The notes: a model not told the origin generated them from the letters alone. A stretch of 64,000 nucleotides of DNA from Epithemia pelagica (GCA_946965045.2 OX337228.1:6076001-6140000); one strand, 5' to 3'. Counted from the stretch's first letter, positions 28,961-41,889 are shown. Made by a program: numbers and translations.

Positions 28961-31900
28961 TTATGTTGGTGGTGGTGTAGATATGTATGGGTTGGGCTGT
29001 CCTGGTAACCAGTCATACGTAGGAAAACTGTACGGATATGCGTAAAATCGATTGTAGTTGGGGTCATTTTCCCAATCTGTACACCAGATTTGGTCATTGA
29101 GGAACTGAGATGGCCAATCCTTACATTCGCAAAACACTTTCCTGTGGTTTCGGTGAGTATACTGTATCTCACGGTTTACATTGACTTTGTTGCCATCTTC
29201 GGAAAGAACACCAGCAGTTTCAGCAGTACAGGTATCTTCGTTTATTCTCCAAGCCAGCAATCGATTGAGCTCGGCTATTTGCCGTTCATGCACTCTTATT
29301 GGATCTTTCATAACACGCCAATGTACGACTTGTCGACAAGGAGGAACTACTTGGGTGCCTTCGTAGCGGAAATAGTACTCAGTACCCACCTTAAGCATCC
29401 ATTCATATGCCTGCAGCGGTGACAGAGAAGGTGAGAAAAATGCCCCTGTGAAACAAAAGCAAGCGAATATTACCACTCTTACCCAATAGTAAACATCGTC
29501 ATAGTTCTCTTGGAACGACTCTAGACGGCGGTGTCTTTCGTGATAGTGCTGGTGTCGCTCTTGGTAATCACGATAGATTTCACGGAAGTACTCCTTGGAG
29601 TCTTGTTCAAACGGCTCATAATCTTTCTCTGATAGCTTGAGAAACCTACCGTCCACATAATAAAGTTTCTCATTGTCCCCATCAGTAACGTTATGATCAA
29701 TCTTCTCGACTCTCTGTGGGTTTCTTCTGAGATTCTTCTTTTCATGTTGCATTTGACGTGGGCGTTCATCAGGATGTTGAGTAACATTAAGTTCTTTGTT
29801 TTCATGGGGAAACAACCGTGCTTGAGCATCGCCCACACGAACAAATTGTGAATAAGTTTCTTTTTTGCCCTCAAGAGAAATAGTGTCGGATGAAGACTCA
29901 ATAAGATTCCGCCGGTTACCTGGCAGGTCTGGCAAGATGACGGAATTTTGGCAACAGTAGTACTGCAAGGCGAAAAAAAAGCAAAGTGAGTTTCGCAACG
30001 TTCCAGGCAAGTATCTAATCAGACTCTCGTGGACTCACACATAGTTCCTTTAATACAGTAGGATCTTGGGAGTACTTGTCGTACTCTCCTTGACAGAAGT
30101 TTGTTCTCGATAGTGGATTCGAACAGCATCCATTTGGTTTACAGAATCTTTGAACGTCCAATCCGTAGTCGGAGCATCTGATGTTTTGTGGCAGGCTTTC
30201 GTTTTGTGCTTGGAAAAAGTTTTCCTGAGGTTTTGTGGAGTTACAGCACTTGTCGCAAGCCTGAGGAACCTTATTTTCGAATTGGTTGTCGTAGACATCC
30301 CAACAAAAAGCAGTATCAGTTCGTTGTTCTTCACAACATGGTCTTTGTCCACCACACATGCGACGGCAGTTGCCATTTGGACAAACGCCACAGTCAACAT
30401 CATCATCTGTTGGTGCTGTGGATGGCGTCGATGAAGGCTGTTGGGTAGGATAAGTCGATGGAGCAGTGGATGGCGCTGTCGATGGCGTAGTGGATGGCGC
30501 TGTCGATGGAGCAGTGGATGGCGCCGTGGATGGCGCTGTTGATGGAGCAGTGGATGGCGTCGTGGATGGCGCTGTTGATGGAGCAAAGGATGGCGCTGTT
30601 GATGGAGCAGTGGATGGAGCTGTTGATGGAGCTCGCGTTGGAAGTGGTGTCGGAGCTTTTGTCGGAGCTTTTGTGGGTGATTTGGTCGGCGATGCAGTTG
30701 GAGCATTTGTCGGGGCTTGGGTTGGGGCTTTCGTCGGCGCTTTGGTAGGAGCTGGAGTAGGAGCTTTGGTAGGAGATGGAGTTGGAGCTTTGGTAGGAGC
30801 TGGAGTTGGAGCTTTGGTAGGAGCTGGAGTTGGACGAAGGGTAGGGTTAGGCGTTGGAATGTTGGTGGGGAATGTGGATGGTTGACTTGTGGGTATATCA
30901 GTCGGTACGTTTGACGGTACAGTAGAAGGATCTGTGGACGGGGATGCTGTTGGATCCTGTGAGGGCAGCGCTGTAGGCGACTCGGTAAAGACTTCATCTT
31001 CACCAAGTCCATCTTGACCAAGTCCGTTTTCACCAAGTCCATCATTTAAGTCGGGAACAGTTGGCGTTGTTGTCGGGCGCTTCGTGGGATGCAAAGTGGG
31101 TCGACCGGAGGGATTAGATGATGGATCCGAGCTCGGTTGGGACGTTGGCTGCGAAGTCGGAGATCGCGTTGGCTGCTGAGATGGAGTTGTTGTCGGGTTG
31201 TCGGACGGTTCTGAACTTGGTTGGACGGAGGGAGTTTGGGATGGCTTTGAACTGGGTTGGGAAGAGGGGAATGAGGATGGCAGCGAGCTTGGATGGGAAG
31301 AAGGGAAGGAAGATGGCTGCGAGCTTGGTTGGGAGGTGGGGAATGAGGATGGCTGCGAGCTTGGTTTGTCCGTCGGAAATGACGATGGCTGATCTGTCGG
31401 CTTTGATGTAGGATGCGTGGAAGGAGTCTTGCTTGGTTGCAAAGAGGGTTGCTCGGATGGAGATATTGTCGGTTGAGAGGATGGCTGCGGTGTAGGAGGA
31501 GACGGCGTGGGCTCCGTCGAAGGGGCCGATGAGGGCTCATCTGTAGGTCGTGTCTGATTGCGGTACAAGCTACACAACCCGTAAACTGGAGCCGGATCGA
31601 GTCCGCATCCCGAGCGAATTCGCTCTTCTTCTTCCCGCCACTGGCAAATGAGCTTATCCAGAAATGGCCACGGCTCTTCACCAGGATAATCTTGCAAAAA
31701 CATGGTAACATGGCCCATCTGCAGCAATCACGGAAAGATTAGTTAGAAATGCAGAATGTCGTCATTTACGTGACGACGACGATGTCATATGGTTGCACTC
31801 ACCTCATTCTTGATGTGAGCTTTCTCGGAATAAAAATGAGCCAAGGTGACTTCGGCTGCATACTGAAATCCCTCTTGGTGATGTTGACTTGGTGTGGTAA

Positions 31901-32679
31901 TGTCAGTTCTTGCCAACCACCACCAATGAGGAAATCCCTTACTATAGTCCAGTCGGGGCCATTGTTGACCGACACCCTGTTCGAAGCAATCGAGAGAACC
32001 ATCTGATTGAGTTGGCATTTGCAATTGAAGCGCATGGCGTTCAATCTTAAAGTTGCCCTTCATATCCTCCCAGTCACAGGTACCGTCACGATATTGCATC
32101 CAATGCCAATCAATACATTCCTTGGCATTTGGGTGTGTATTCACACCGGGAAATCGCATCAGATCAATGGGTGACTGTTTGTGGACGCCACACGTTTGAG
32201 GACTCATGTCATGGGGACACCACTTGCAGTTGTTGTCCTGATCTCCAATCTGCCAGCCATAGGTGGGATCCGCTGATACGGTGGGAAACTTGTTGGGATA
32301 GCCAGCCTGCGATTGTATTTGCAGAATAGTGTACCAGGATTGTTGGAAAAAATCAAATCAAGAAAAGAAGAGCAGCATCGAGAAGGCATTCCATGAGACG
32401 TCATTCCATCCCAGCCATTCACTTTCTGATTCTCTCTCTACTTACACACGTGTTTGGGTCTGTGCATCCCATGTACTCCCAAAACTCTTGAGCAAAGGAA
32501 GGTCGATCACAGTCACCCGTACCTTCACAGACATTGGATTCCGGTCCTCGTCCATAATTGAAAATGTGTTTATCATAGTTGTTCGTTTGTGCCACCACTG
32601 AAGAATTGACTAGAAGCAACAAGATGACAAAGAGACGGAGCTGAATTGTGGAACTGATGATACAAGTGTCCATCGTCAT
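28961..32679 (-). CDS. Large secreted alpha-CA-like protein with a mucin-like P/T/S repeat and a Cys-rich module inserted inside the CA domain; exons 32679-32446, 32306-31803, 31718-30039, 29962-29483, 29410-28961
   Basis: Signal peptide ..RLFVILLLLVNSSVVA. N-terminal half of the CA domain: KQSPIDL, SQHHQEGFQYAAEVTLAHFY. C-terminal half: YYFRYEGTQVVPPCRQVVHWRVMKDPI...VNREIQ. Confidence 0.8.
30416..31547 (-). repeat. Coding tandem repeats PSTA (12 bp), PTKA/PTPA (12-24 bp) and PSSQ/PSSF
   Basis: Plus strand shows GATGGCGCTGTC/GATGGAGCAGTG arrays at about 30476-30630 and GGAGCTTTGGTAGGAGCTGGAGTT arrays at about 30654-30831. Confidence 0.9.
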
Positions 32680-33780
32680 GAGAGACAATGGGATTGATCG
32701 AGAAATATGAATCGACAATGGATGGAATAGATTGTATGAATCTCAAAATTTTTATGAGCAAACTGAATACTTCAAAACGAAGTGAAGTGGGCCGAGTGCG
32801 TCCCGTTCTTTTTCTCTTTGATGGGTCAATCACCGGACTGCAACGGAGATCGTTTGTATGTGTATGATGGCCCAAAGGAGTAGCTTTTTGAGCGCAACCA
32901 CAGCCGAGGAGGAGGAGGAAACGGAGTCGTTTGGGATTCTGTCCCTTTCTGCCAGTGTGTGTGTGTTTTGAGAGAACGGTCGGTGGCAGTCCGTGGTGGT
33001 GGCTGAAGGAGAATCTCGTGTGTGTATTGTATGTTGTGGGGGAGTGACTAAGAAGGAAGGTGCGTGCGGACCAAGCCACAGTCAATCCTAACAAAGCAAG
33101 TTGAGAAGAGAGGAGACAAAAAGTAGAGAAGTAGATAGATGTGGGGTTGTGAGAAGAAATCCGTCCACTACAATACAATACCAGCGACAGCGACCCGTGT
33201 CCCAAGTAGACAAAAGAGAAAGATAGAGACACACGCAAAGAGAGTAAGGGCAAGTGTCACGCACGCACACTAAGAGAGAAAGAAGAGAGGATCGAAGAAG
33301 ATGAATGAGGGTTGGCGATGAAATCGTGTTTTGTGTCGAAAGGCGCACCCCCATGCGCGACATGAATTTGGCTAGATCGAATTTCCTCGCATAAGTAGGT
33401 CATTCGCATGCGATCCGTTGAAGTCCATATGTATTTGGTTTCGAGCGAGGGCGACCTCCCCATCAAATCTTGATGGCGGGACTTGGCCATCCCTGGATAC
33501 GATGACAGACAGACGATCCAGGTTCGCGCCATTCTCCAATGAGTTGCAGGCGCGTGTCGAGCGCGGGAAGATTCTCCGGAAGGCCGGTCGGCGTTGTGGT
33601 CGCAATCCACGGCGCAGAAATTGTGGCAATGGGAAGTGGCACCAACAATAACAACAGAGGTACGACGCGATAGCCAAAGGAACCAAACCGACAACCGAGT
33701 TCAGAGTCTCGAGAGAGTGCAGAGCCAAGTGCATATCACTATCGCTGTCTTTGTATTGAGTTGCTGTTGTTCTCTGAATC

Positions 33781-36700
33781 ATGGTCTCTTCATCGTCCAC
33801 GAAACAACAACATCAAGTAGTCTTTGAAAAGGCCCTGATTGTTCCGAAACGAGGCAATTCCATACCGGTCACGCACTTTGATATTACCATTGACGGCAAA
33901 CTTGTTTTGTTTCACTTGTCACGCCGATCATTCAAGGCATTCGAACTCGTTCAGATTGAGTCAAATCCTCATGCTAAAGACAAAGAAGGAAAGACAACCC
34001 ATGTCGTGACCATACAAACGACCAAACCAGGGCAAGACAAGTTGATTTGTACCAATCCCATTCTAACGACCAACCAACAGAAAACGTCGTGGACGAAATG
34101 GCTCAAAAAGATGCAAGTCTGGGAGGCACGAAATCGTGAAGCCACCACCACCAACAGTGAAGAGGAACCCTCCACAACAAATAATAAGGAGCCTCGACGA
34201 CGATCGGTAACGCCCATTCGTCGGGCATCGCATACGGCCACCCGACATGCGGCTGGTCGTGCTTCGACGGGGTCCACCACCTTTCCCCATCGCACCAACC
34301 GCATGCCTCGTGGTGGACGCCACAGTTTGCCCTCGTCGTCTCGCAAATCCTTTGCCCGGAATCCTACTACGCTCTTGTCGCCGAAACGACCCACATCCGA
34401 TTGGTTGTTGGAGGAAACAGGTGCGTCCAAGGAGCAAGACGCTGGGACATGGTCCAAACCGTCGTCTGGCAAGCAAGAACAAGAAGAGGAGGAGGAGGAG
34501 GAGGACATGGCGTTGGACGACAATAACAGCTCTGTAGAAAACCATGAGGACAATGACAACACCATGCAGACGGATCCTCCGCATGCAGCGTCTTCTTCCC
34601 CTCTCAAGAAACAGGGAGATGCCATGTCCGAAGACGAAGACATTGGTGAGTTCTCGGACCCGGATGAAAACGAACTGGTTCTTCCCAGCCAAACCTCGCG
34701 AACGAAACGGCAACATCACCGTCGCATTCTCGACGATGACAGTGATGAAGAGGAAGAGGAGGGTCATGCGGCGGACAAGGAGAATGAAGCAGCAGACAAC
34801 CCTATTGTATCCTTGAGCTCACAGGACGTTTCATCACCGATCCGCCCGACCGTCACCACGATCAAGCCTTTTGATACCACCAAAGAAACAGTTGCGGCAT
34901 CCTCCTCCTCCACTCTCGAAACCAAGGAAAATGCAGCTCCACAGCCAGACAAGAATCAACCCAAGATTTCAGGCTTTTTCGCGCCTCGAACGGCCGTGCG
35001 ACGATCGTTTGATCCCTCCCGCAATCATACACCCAATCCGTCTCAGAAGCAGCCACTACGAGCCTTGACCTCACCTCGTCGCTTGTCCCCCAAGGTGGTC
35101 CGTCACACAAATACTACTAGTCACAACAGCAGCACCAGCAAGTACTTTCAACAGGATACTTCTGCCTGGATCAAACGCAGTCGAGCGGGGAGTCGATCTC
35201 CCAGCAAGGTCCAATCTCAAAGCTTGTTTGGAGAGGAACAACCATGGAACAAAGCTTCCACACCCAATCGAAACAAGTCAGAGAGTATGGAGGTTTTAGA
35301 AAGGTCTATTGGGGAATACAGTCCAGAGGAACAACCAACTATTGGTACCCAGACTCCTGTGCCGGCCAAGCTCATCTTGTCCGAACAAGACAACCCTCCC
35401 TTACATCCCCCGCCTTCCACACTTTCCCTTTCATGTCGAAAACGACGACGCCACTCCCTTGGTGATACTCCCCTCTCGCTGGCTCCCAAATCTCCCCACC
35501 TCCGTTGGGGAACATCGGCAGCTCCCTCGTCTAATCTCACCACCACCAACAACAACAACACGACATTGACCACGGACTCCTTGACGACGGCGCCCCGTCC
35601 CCGTCATCGCGGTCTCCGAAACTTGGGCAACACCTGCTTTGTCAATGCCACACTTCAAATGTTGGCACTTTGGGGTCAAACAAGACTCGTACTTCCCCCA
35701 TCGGAATCACTGGTGGACTCGGAGACTCCACTGACGCAAACGTTGATGCGGATCATTCAACAACTCTTGGCCGATCCCACGCCGACAGGCTCCCAACCAT
35801 TATCATCCGTCGTTTTGAATCCCGTGGCTCTCAAAAAGACGGTGGATCTCAAAACGGATCGGTTTCTGGGATATGAGCAACGCGATGCTCACGAATTCTT
35901 GAGTGTTTTGTTGGATTTGGTCCATGAGGAACTGGAAACGGCCAACAACCAGAGGAAGAAAAGTCTTGGCGATGACTCAGCCATGGCTGTAGAGAACCAG
36001 GATGGATTGCCTACGGATGACTTTCATTTCATGGTCCAAACAAGTTTGCAGTGCACATCCTGCAACTATACACGATCCAGAGAAGAACTGTATCAACATT
36101 TGTCGATTGATTTACCGACCAAACAAGACATTTCTGGAAAAGGAGACGTGGCACAAATTGCCGATAGTTTGGATTCCTTCTTTCAACCCGAAGAGCTCGA
36201 GCTTCGATGTGAAAAATGTGCTCATGGCACACATGTTCGAAAAACCTTGAAGATTGTTTCACGGTACGTTTAGTCGTTCGCGCAGTGTGTCTGCGGAGTG
36301 TCGCTTTCGTGTGTACCAATCAATATATTGTTTGTTTGTCTCTTTTGTTTACCTAGACCCAAACGGCTTCTCCTTCATTTGAAGCGCTTTTTTGCGGTCA
36401 AGCCTCGAGGTCAACCCAGTCTCGCCGGAGATGAAAATGCCGATCCCAATGCTCTTTCCTCGGTAGCTTCCTTGGCAACCTTTGATATGGCAAAGAACAA
36501 AGTACCCGTCGATATTTTGCCAAGTCTCTCCCTGTCTCCGTTTCTGGTATCCCCTCCCGATTCTTCCTCCACGAAGGATACTTTGGATGAGAGTTCCTCG
36601 GAAACAAATGATGCAAAAGGGAATGAATACGAACTGGAGAGTATTGTACATCACATTGGAAACACTTTATCCTCAGGGCATTACATTGCGGATGCGCTTC

Positions 36701-36942
36701 GTCCACGGCTGGACACGGTTGATGGTACCTCCCCTCCTCCAGAATCGACCAATCTGTCGAGGACCAACGAAAACGAACCGGTGAAACAGACTCCCGACAC
36801 AACCAAAGAAAACGACTACGAGAAGGAACTGGAATGGAATATCTTTGATGACGGAAACTCCTGCCGCACTTCCATTGATAGAATCCGTGGAAATGAGCGG
36901 AAAAAGGAATCGGTCTACATGCTTTTGTACAAACTCAACTAA
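33781..36942 (+). CDS. Ubiquitin carboxyl-terminal hydrolase (USP, peptidase C19); exons 33781-36263 and 36357-36942
   Basis: Cys box GLRNLGNTCFVNATLQML, EQRDAHEFL, Zn fingers CTSC and CEKC, LLLHLKRF, His box HHIGNTLSSGHY, FDDG. Intron GTACGT..CTAG. Confidence 0.92.
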
Positions 36943-37029
36943 AGAACAAATGTTTATTTGTACAGGTTCAATGTATCTTGAAACCGGGACATCTTAGAAA
37001 CTTTATCCCTTGTTGCGTTCCTGAAAGCT

Positions 37030-38014
37030 TTAATTTTGTTGTGGTTTGTCGCTCGATTCCTTTTCTTTGCTTCGCATGGGGTCATTCTGTGGGTTTGCAT
37101 ACTGTCGAATGCCATGTCCTCCATCGACATCCAGAATGACACCTGTACAAAATGGCGCCGTGAGCAAGTAACAAATGGCCTGTCCCGTATCACTGGGTTG
37201 TCCCACTTTTTGGAGCGGCAGCGACGCTGCCGTATTTTTCAGCATTTGTTCCTTCCTGCTTGGGACCATGTGATCAAAGCGCTCCGTATCACAGAATCCA
37301 GGACTGAGACAATTGACACGAATGTTGCGTTGGGTTCCCCATTGGAGGGCCAAGGTGCGAGTCAAACCTTCCAAGGCGCCATTGGCCATGGCCAGGGGTG
37401 CACAATTCAAACCGGGACGACGGTTCAAAATACCGGCACAAAAGACGACAGCTGCACCACTCGAAGTGTCTTGCAATAGAGGACCTAGATATTTGGCACA
37501 ATGATAGGCACCAAACAGCTTGCTGTCCATCATATCACGGGTATCTTGTGTTGGTAAATCTTCAATGGGACCATGTGGTGCTCTCCGTGCTGCTGTTACG
37601 ACCAATCCGTTCCACTCCTGTTCAGATATTACATTGGAGGATGCCAAACCAGCGACTTGATCTTCGTCGGTAACGTCGACGGACGCAATCTCGATTCTTC
37701 GACGACGAGGGGAATTCTCCAGTTCGTCTTGCTCTATGCCCAATGTGACGAGCAAATCGTCACGAGCTCTTTCTAGCTTTGCTTCAGACCGGCTGACAAG
37801 CAAGACACGTCCCCCCGTGCACAAGTAGTTCTCGTGCTGCGGCTTTACCCATGCCGGAGGACCCTCCGACCACAATCACATTCATGGACACATGCGATTC
37901 CAAAACCGACAAAGCCTTTCCTTGTGTGGTCATTGGAACGTTAGGAACGGACGCGAATGCGTAAGCGGCAAACGTCTGAAACCAAAGAGGGATCAACGAC
38001 AAGACCGATTTCAT
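37030..38014 (-). CDS. Short-chain dehydrogenase/reductase with a probable plastid presequence; carries a 1-nt frameshift in a G6 run (error or pseudogene)
   Basis: Rossmann motif VIVVGGSSGMGKAAA lies in one frame. GGRVLLVSRS...VDVTDE...NIRVNCLSPGFCDT...TGVILDVDGG lies in another. Removing one C from 37811-37816 fuses them. Confidence 0.8.
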
Positions 38015-38643
38015 CCCAAGGATATCTCTCTGTCGAAGCAAAAGATATGCAATTGCCAATAAAAAATGATTCTATCCATCAAATCAACGGTCAGCGACTA
38101 AACCACGACTGCGTTTTGCAAAAAAATTTGAAGCCCAATAGGAGCATTAGACGTCGTAGATTCTCCTCTAGCCCAGTCGCGAGATTCAGGTAAGTATTAC
38201 AGGTCTTTGTGAAGAACTCATGTCCTTCAGACGCGTATGAGTAAGAAATTGGATAGTCTATTCAGGGTGAGATGATTGATTCCGGTTACTCAAGTTTCAA
38301 CATCAACCGTAACTGTTGGTAAATGCAACGAAGCGGGGGAAACCTGATAACTACTCATTTGCACTGAAACAGATACCCGGGGGAATACCCTGAGGAAATA
38401 AATACAATCACCCCGCAAGAAGGAGCAGGTTGTATTGTGAATTTCAAAAGAAGCGAAGAGAAAAACCGAAAAGAGCAGGAACAACCGAACAAAAACTATA
38501 AGGAAGTCAACTACGGAAGAGGAAAGAGATTCCAGCGTCCACTTCTTTTGGGTGATGAGCCATTACGTTTGTGAACCGCTCCTCGATTCGCCATACGAGC
38601 CAGTTGATACAATTCGTCAGTCGCGATCATGAAGAAAGATGTG

Positions 38644-38924
38644 CTATTCACCGTGTCCATCCAAATCAAAGTCTTTCTTTTTCCGTTTGTTTTTTTCTTC
38701 TTCACTCGACTCAAATGCCGAAAATAAAACCGCCCCGAGAGCTAATAGTGGAGAAAAAGCCAAGATGATCTGCAAAAGAGATACACACATCACAAACGTT
38801 TTCCAGAGAACAGCAAGTCAGCGTCCAAACGGTACTATGATCCCGTGCACTGTGAGGTAACGGTACATACCTTTACACCCATGATTGCATAGCCGAGAGC
38901 CGTTGTTTGTTCTTCATCAGCCAT
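38644..38924 (-). CDS. Candidate 59-aa single-pass membrane microprotein; exons 38924-38871 and 38769-38644
   Basis: MADEEQTTALGYAIMGVK, then intron GTATGT..TTTTGCAG (101 bp), then IILAFSPLLALGAVLFSAFESSEEEKNKRKKKDFDLDGHGE. A possible further donor (GTGAAT) near the end makes the C-terminus uncertain. Confidence 0.45.
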
Positions 38925-39543
38925 TTTGCCAGCGTGGTTCTATGTAGAGTCGCAAAGGACGAAAGGGTTTGGTATTTGGTACGGACAAGATGATGGAGTG
39001 GAGAGACGGTAAGCAAACGGACCATCCAACCCCAACTCCAACGCATGAAAAGAGGTCTCGCGTGCATGGCGCAGGAGGGTAGAGTCGCACTTCAGTCAAC
39101 CTTGCGAACTCGGCCCAACAGACATTATTGCATTCATCTCCTCATTTCATCTCTCGCACCTCGATTCAAACTCTTCCAGATCTGGAAGTCCCAAAGTCGT
39201 CCCCTCAAAAATATTGCTTCCTTTCATGCAAAAAACGACAAGACGAAGAGGTCAGCAAACGCAAGGTGAGAGCAGTCAAGACTCGTCGATGGTCCGATCT
39301 ACAGATCTATCGAAAGAAAGCAGAAATTCAATGACCGTCGAAAACGAAAAGGGTGGCGACACACGTTCAGGGTGAGTGACATTGGATTAAGGAAGAAGTG
39401 ATTGTCACATTCTTCCATATGCACGTTTGTCAAGGCATTGCGGCTGGATCCTGCATGGTTGGTGGGTCTAGATGATCTGTCGTTTTGTAGGATGACCCCA
39501 TCTGATATCACTGCTTGATCTTCCCCTTAATTTTTCCAGGGAC

Positions 39544-40653
39544 ATGACCAAGCCCTTGTTGGTTGAAAATGGAGGACCGAAACTTGATGATGACATGAAA
39601 GTTCAGCCATCAAATGTCATTGATGCTTTCTTTGCGAAGTACTTCCGTTCAAATCCAGAGTTTTTCAAACAGGCTGCCAAGTTTCTTCTATGCTTTCTGG
39701 GCTTGCAAGCTTCCTATTTAACATGGGGATACATGCAAGAACTCATAATGACTACGAAATTCAATGAGACTCCTCGGGTGCCCTCTGGAAAGTTTCCTTC
39801 TGCTGCTTTTTGTGTCTTTTCCAATCGATTCCTGGCCGTTTTGGTGGCAATGGTTGCTGTTCGTATCAAACATGGCGCTGTCTTTGCCAACAACAAGGCA
39901 CCCCTCTGGTCCTTCACACCTTGCGCACTTTCAAATACCATGAGTTCCTGGTCGCAGTACGCTTCTCTCAAGTACGTCTCATTTCCTGTTCAGACTGTGT
40001 TCAAGTCCTCCAAAATCATACCTGTCATGGTTATGGGAAAAGTGCTCAAAGGGACCGAATATCCAATTTCTCAATACTTTGAAGCTTTCCTAATCACCAT
40101 TGGAGTAGCTATCTTTTCGATTCTGAGCAAGTCTTCTGACAGAGACACTGAAACGGATCTTTTGGGATTGATCTTCTTGATCATGTATATTTCCTTCGAT
40201 AGTTTCACTTCTCAGTGGCAATCTCGAATTTATTCGCAATATGGAAAGGAAAACGTCGATCCATATCAAATGATGCTTGGTGTCAATGTTTCTGCCATTT
40301 TCATTACAACTGTCGGTCTCATTATCACCGGAGACTTCCCAATTGTGTTTGAGTTCTTGGCGGCAAACCCACTGGCCTTGCGATACAATATCATAACAGC
40401 GATTACTTCCGCCAGTGGACAGCTGTGCATCTTCTACACAATCAAGGAGTTTGGGCCTATCGTTTTTACGGTGATTATGACAACAAGACAAATGTTCTCT
40501 ATTTGCATTTCGGCCATTGTGTTTGGTCATTACATTTCTCTCAAAGCGGGATTGGGTGCAGTACTTGTGTTCGGTGTCTTGTTCTATCAGATACGTAACA
40601 AGTACAACGCGCGCATGCAAGGTAAGATGCAAAAGGGAGGTGGTGGTGCCTAG
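39544..40653 (+). CDS. SLC35B2: PAPS transporter 1-like nucleotide-sugar transporter (UAA family)
   Basis: Motifs: LQASYLTWGYMQELIMT, SNRFLA, SNTMSSWSQYASLKYVSFPVQTVFKSSKIIPVMVMG, DSFTSQWQSRIY, GQLCIFYTIKEFGPIVFTVIMTTRQ. Confidence 0.85.
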   Translation: MTKPLLVENGGPKLDDDMKVQPSNVIDAFFAKYFRSNPEFFKQAAKFLLCFLGLQASYLTWGYMQELIMTTKFNETPRVPSGKFPSAAFCVFSNRFLAVLVAMVAVRIKHGAVFANNKAPLWSFTPCALSNTMSSWSQYASLKYVSFPVQTVFKSSKIIPVMVMGKVLKGTEYPISQYFEAFLITIGVAIFSILSKSSDRDTETDLLGLIFLIMYISFDSFTSQWQSRIYSQYGKENVDPYQMMLGVNVSAIFITTVGLIITGDFPIVFEFLAANPLALRYNIITAITSASGQLCIFYTIKEFGPIVFTVIMTTRQMFSICISAIVFGHYISLKAGLGAVLVFGVLFYQIRNKYNARMQGKMQKGGGGA

Positions 40654-40883
40654 TAGTCGATGGAGCACGTTTCTGGTGTAGCGATGAGAACGTGTACAGG
40701 TCCTCCATCGCCCCAAATGTAGTTGTGTCCATGCCACTCATAGAGCATAGCAGCATAATCCACCTTCATTTATAGATGTCTGCCTACCTATGTATTCCTA
40801 TTCAGAAATGGGAAATCGCATCACCCCTTGTCTCACATACTGACCGAAGATCGCCCGTCCACCGTCAGTCTTCGGCGTTTATG

Positions 40884-41889
40884 TCATGAGACCGCAGTCG
40901 TTTTCTGCGCATCTTGCGTAGCATCGGATGACGGCTCGTCTGGCACATCGAACCAAAGCCGCAATCGATACGCATCGTTCCAGTTCAAGTAATAACGCAC
41001 CAGCAATTCCTCTCGAATAAACCCAAAACACTCTTGATACAGTTTCTGGGCAGTAGTATTGGTAACTTCTGTTTCCAGTGTAGCTGACGTACAATTCAAA
41101 TTTTTCATGCGCTGCAATACCAATCGTACTAATGCTTTGCCGATTCCTCGACGGCGGTACGACTTCCGTACAGCTAGCATACCAATGTATCCAGTCCATT
41201 CAATATTATCCGTTCCCTCTCTGTCGTTTTCAATTCCACTGTCGACTTCTCCAGAGGAGGACTTCGCATCGCGGTGCGCCTCATTATCTTCCCCAGTTTG
41301 TTGAGTATCTTCATGTGATAGCTGTTCCAGTTTTTGCTGTAAATGTTGTTCTAATTGGGCCGATTCTTCTTCCGCATCGTTACTTGCTCCATCTTCATCT
41401 TCTCCGTCTTCTTCGGGCCGTGGCTGATTTTCGCGGTCCATTTTTCCAACGACGCATCCAATGGGTTCATCGGAATCTTCGACCACTGCCAAGATGCATA
41501 AATTTGGGAATCGATACAGAAAATATCGATAGGTGAAAACTACGTATCCCCAACGAATGAAATGAAACATGTGTATCAACAAAAAATGCATTATGGACAA
41601 TGGAGAAAGCAAAATAGAAAATAGACAGCAGTATCGTTCTGTTAGACAGATATTGAGCCTTGCTTGCTTCATCACGTCTCTTCAATGAGATTTTCGGAAT
41701 CGTTGAGGATGTCAAGTCGGCAGATCTCAAGTCCTTAGATACATACAACTCGGATCAACACCACTTACTCGAATACGGTTCCGACAAGTCGCGTCCCACT
41801 AAATCCATGACAGGCTCAAGTTGAGATTCGTCCACATAATCGACAAATCGGATTCCTGGTATCGAACAGCTTATGTCGGTGGTATCCAT
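40884..41889 (-). CDS. NAA30: N-alpha-acetyltransferase 30 (NatC catalytic subunit, MAK3); exons 41889-41769 and 41539-40884
   Basis: Spliced DLSEPYS|IFTYRYFL. Also GYIGMLAVRKSYRRRGIG, LETEVTN...KLY, LVRYYLNWNDAYRLRLW. Confidence 0.92.

Noticed and set aside
30050-31045. Alternative-frame and antisense ORFs over the repeats (LHQQRHP, DGAVDGAV)
   Set aside because: These are shadows of the P/T/S coding repeat. The 12-24-bp units have no unique spacers, so this is not a CRISPR array either.
2839-40653. Sulfation gene cluster (sulfotransferase plus PAPS transporter)
   Set aside because: The two genes are about 34 kb apart with many unrelated housekeeping genes between them, so there is no evidence of clustering.
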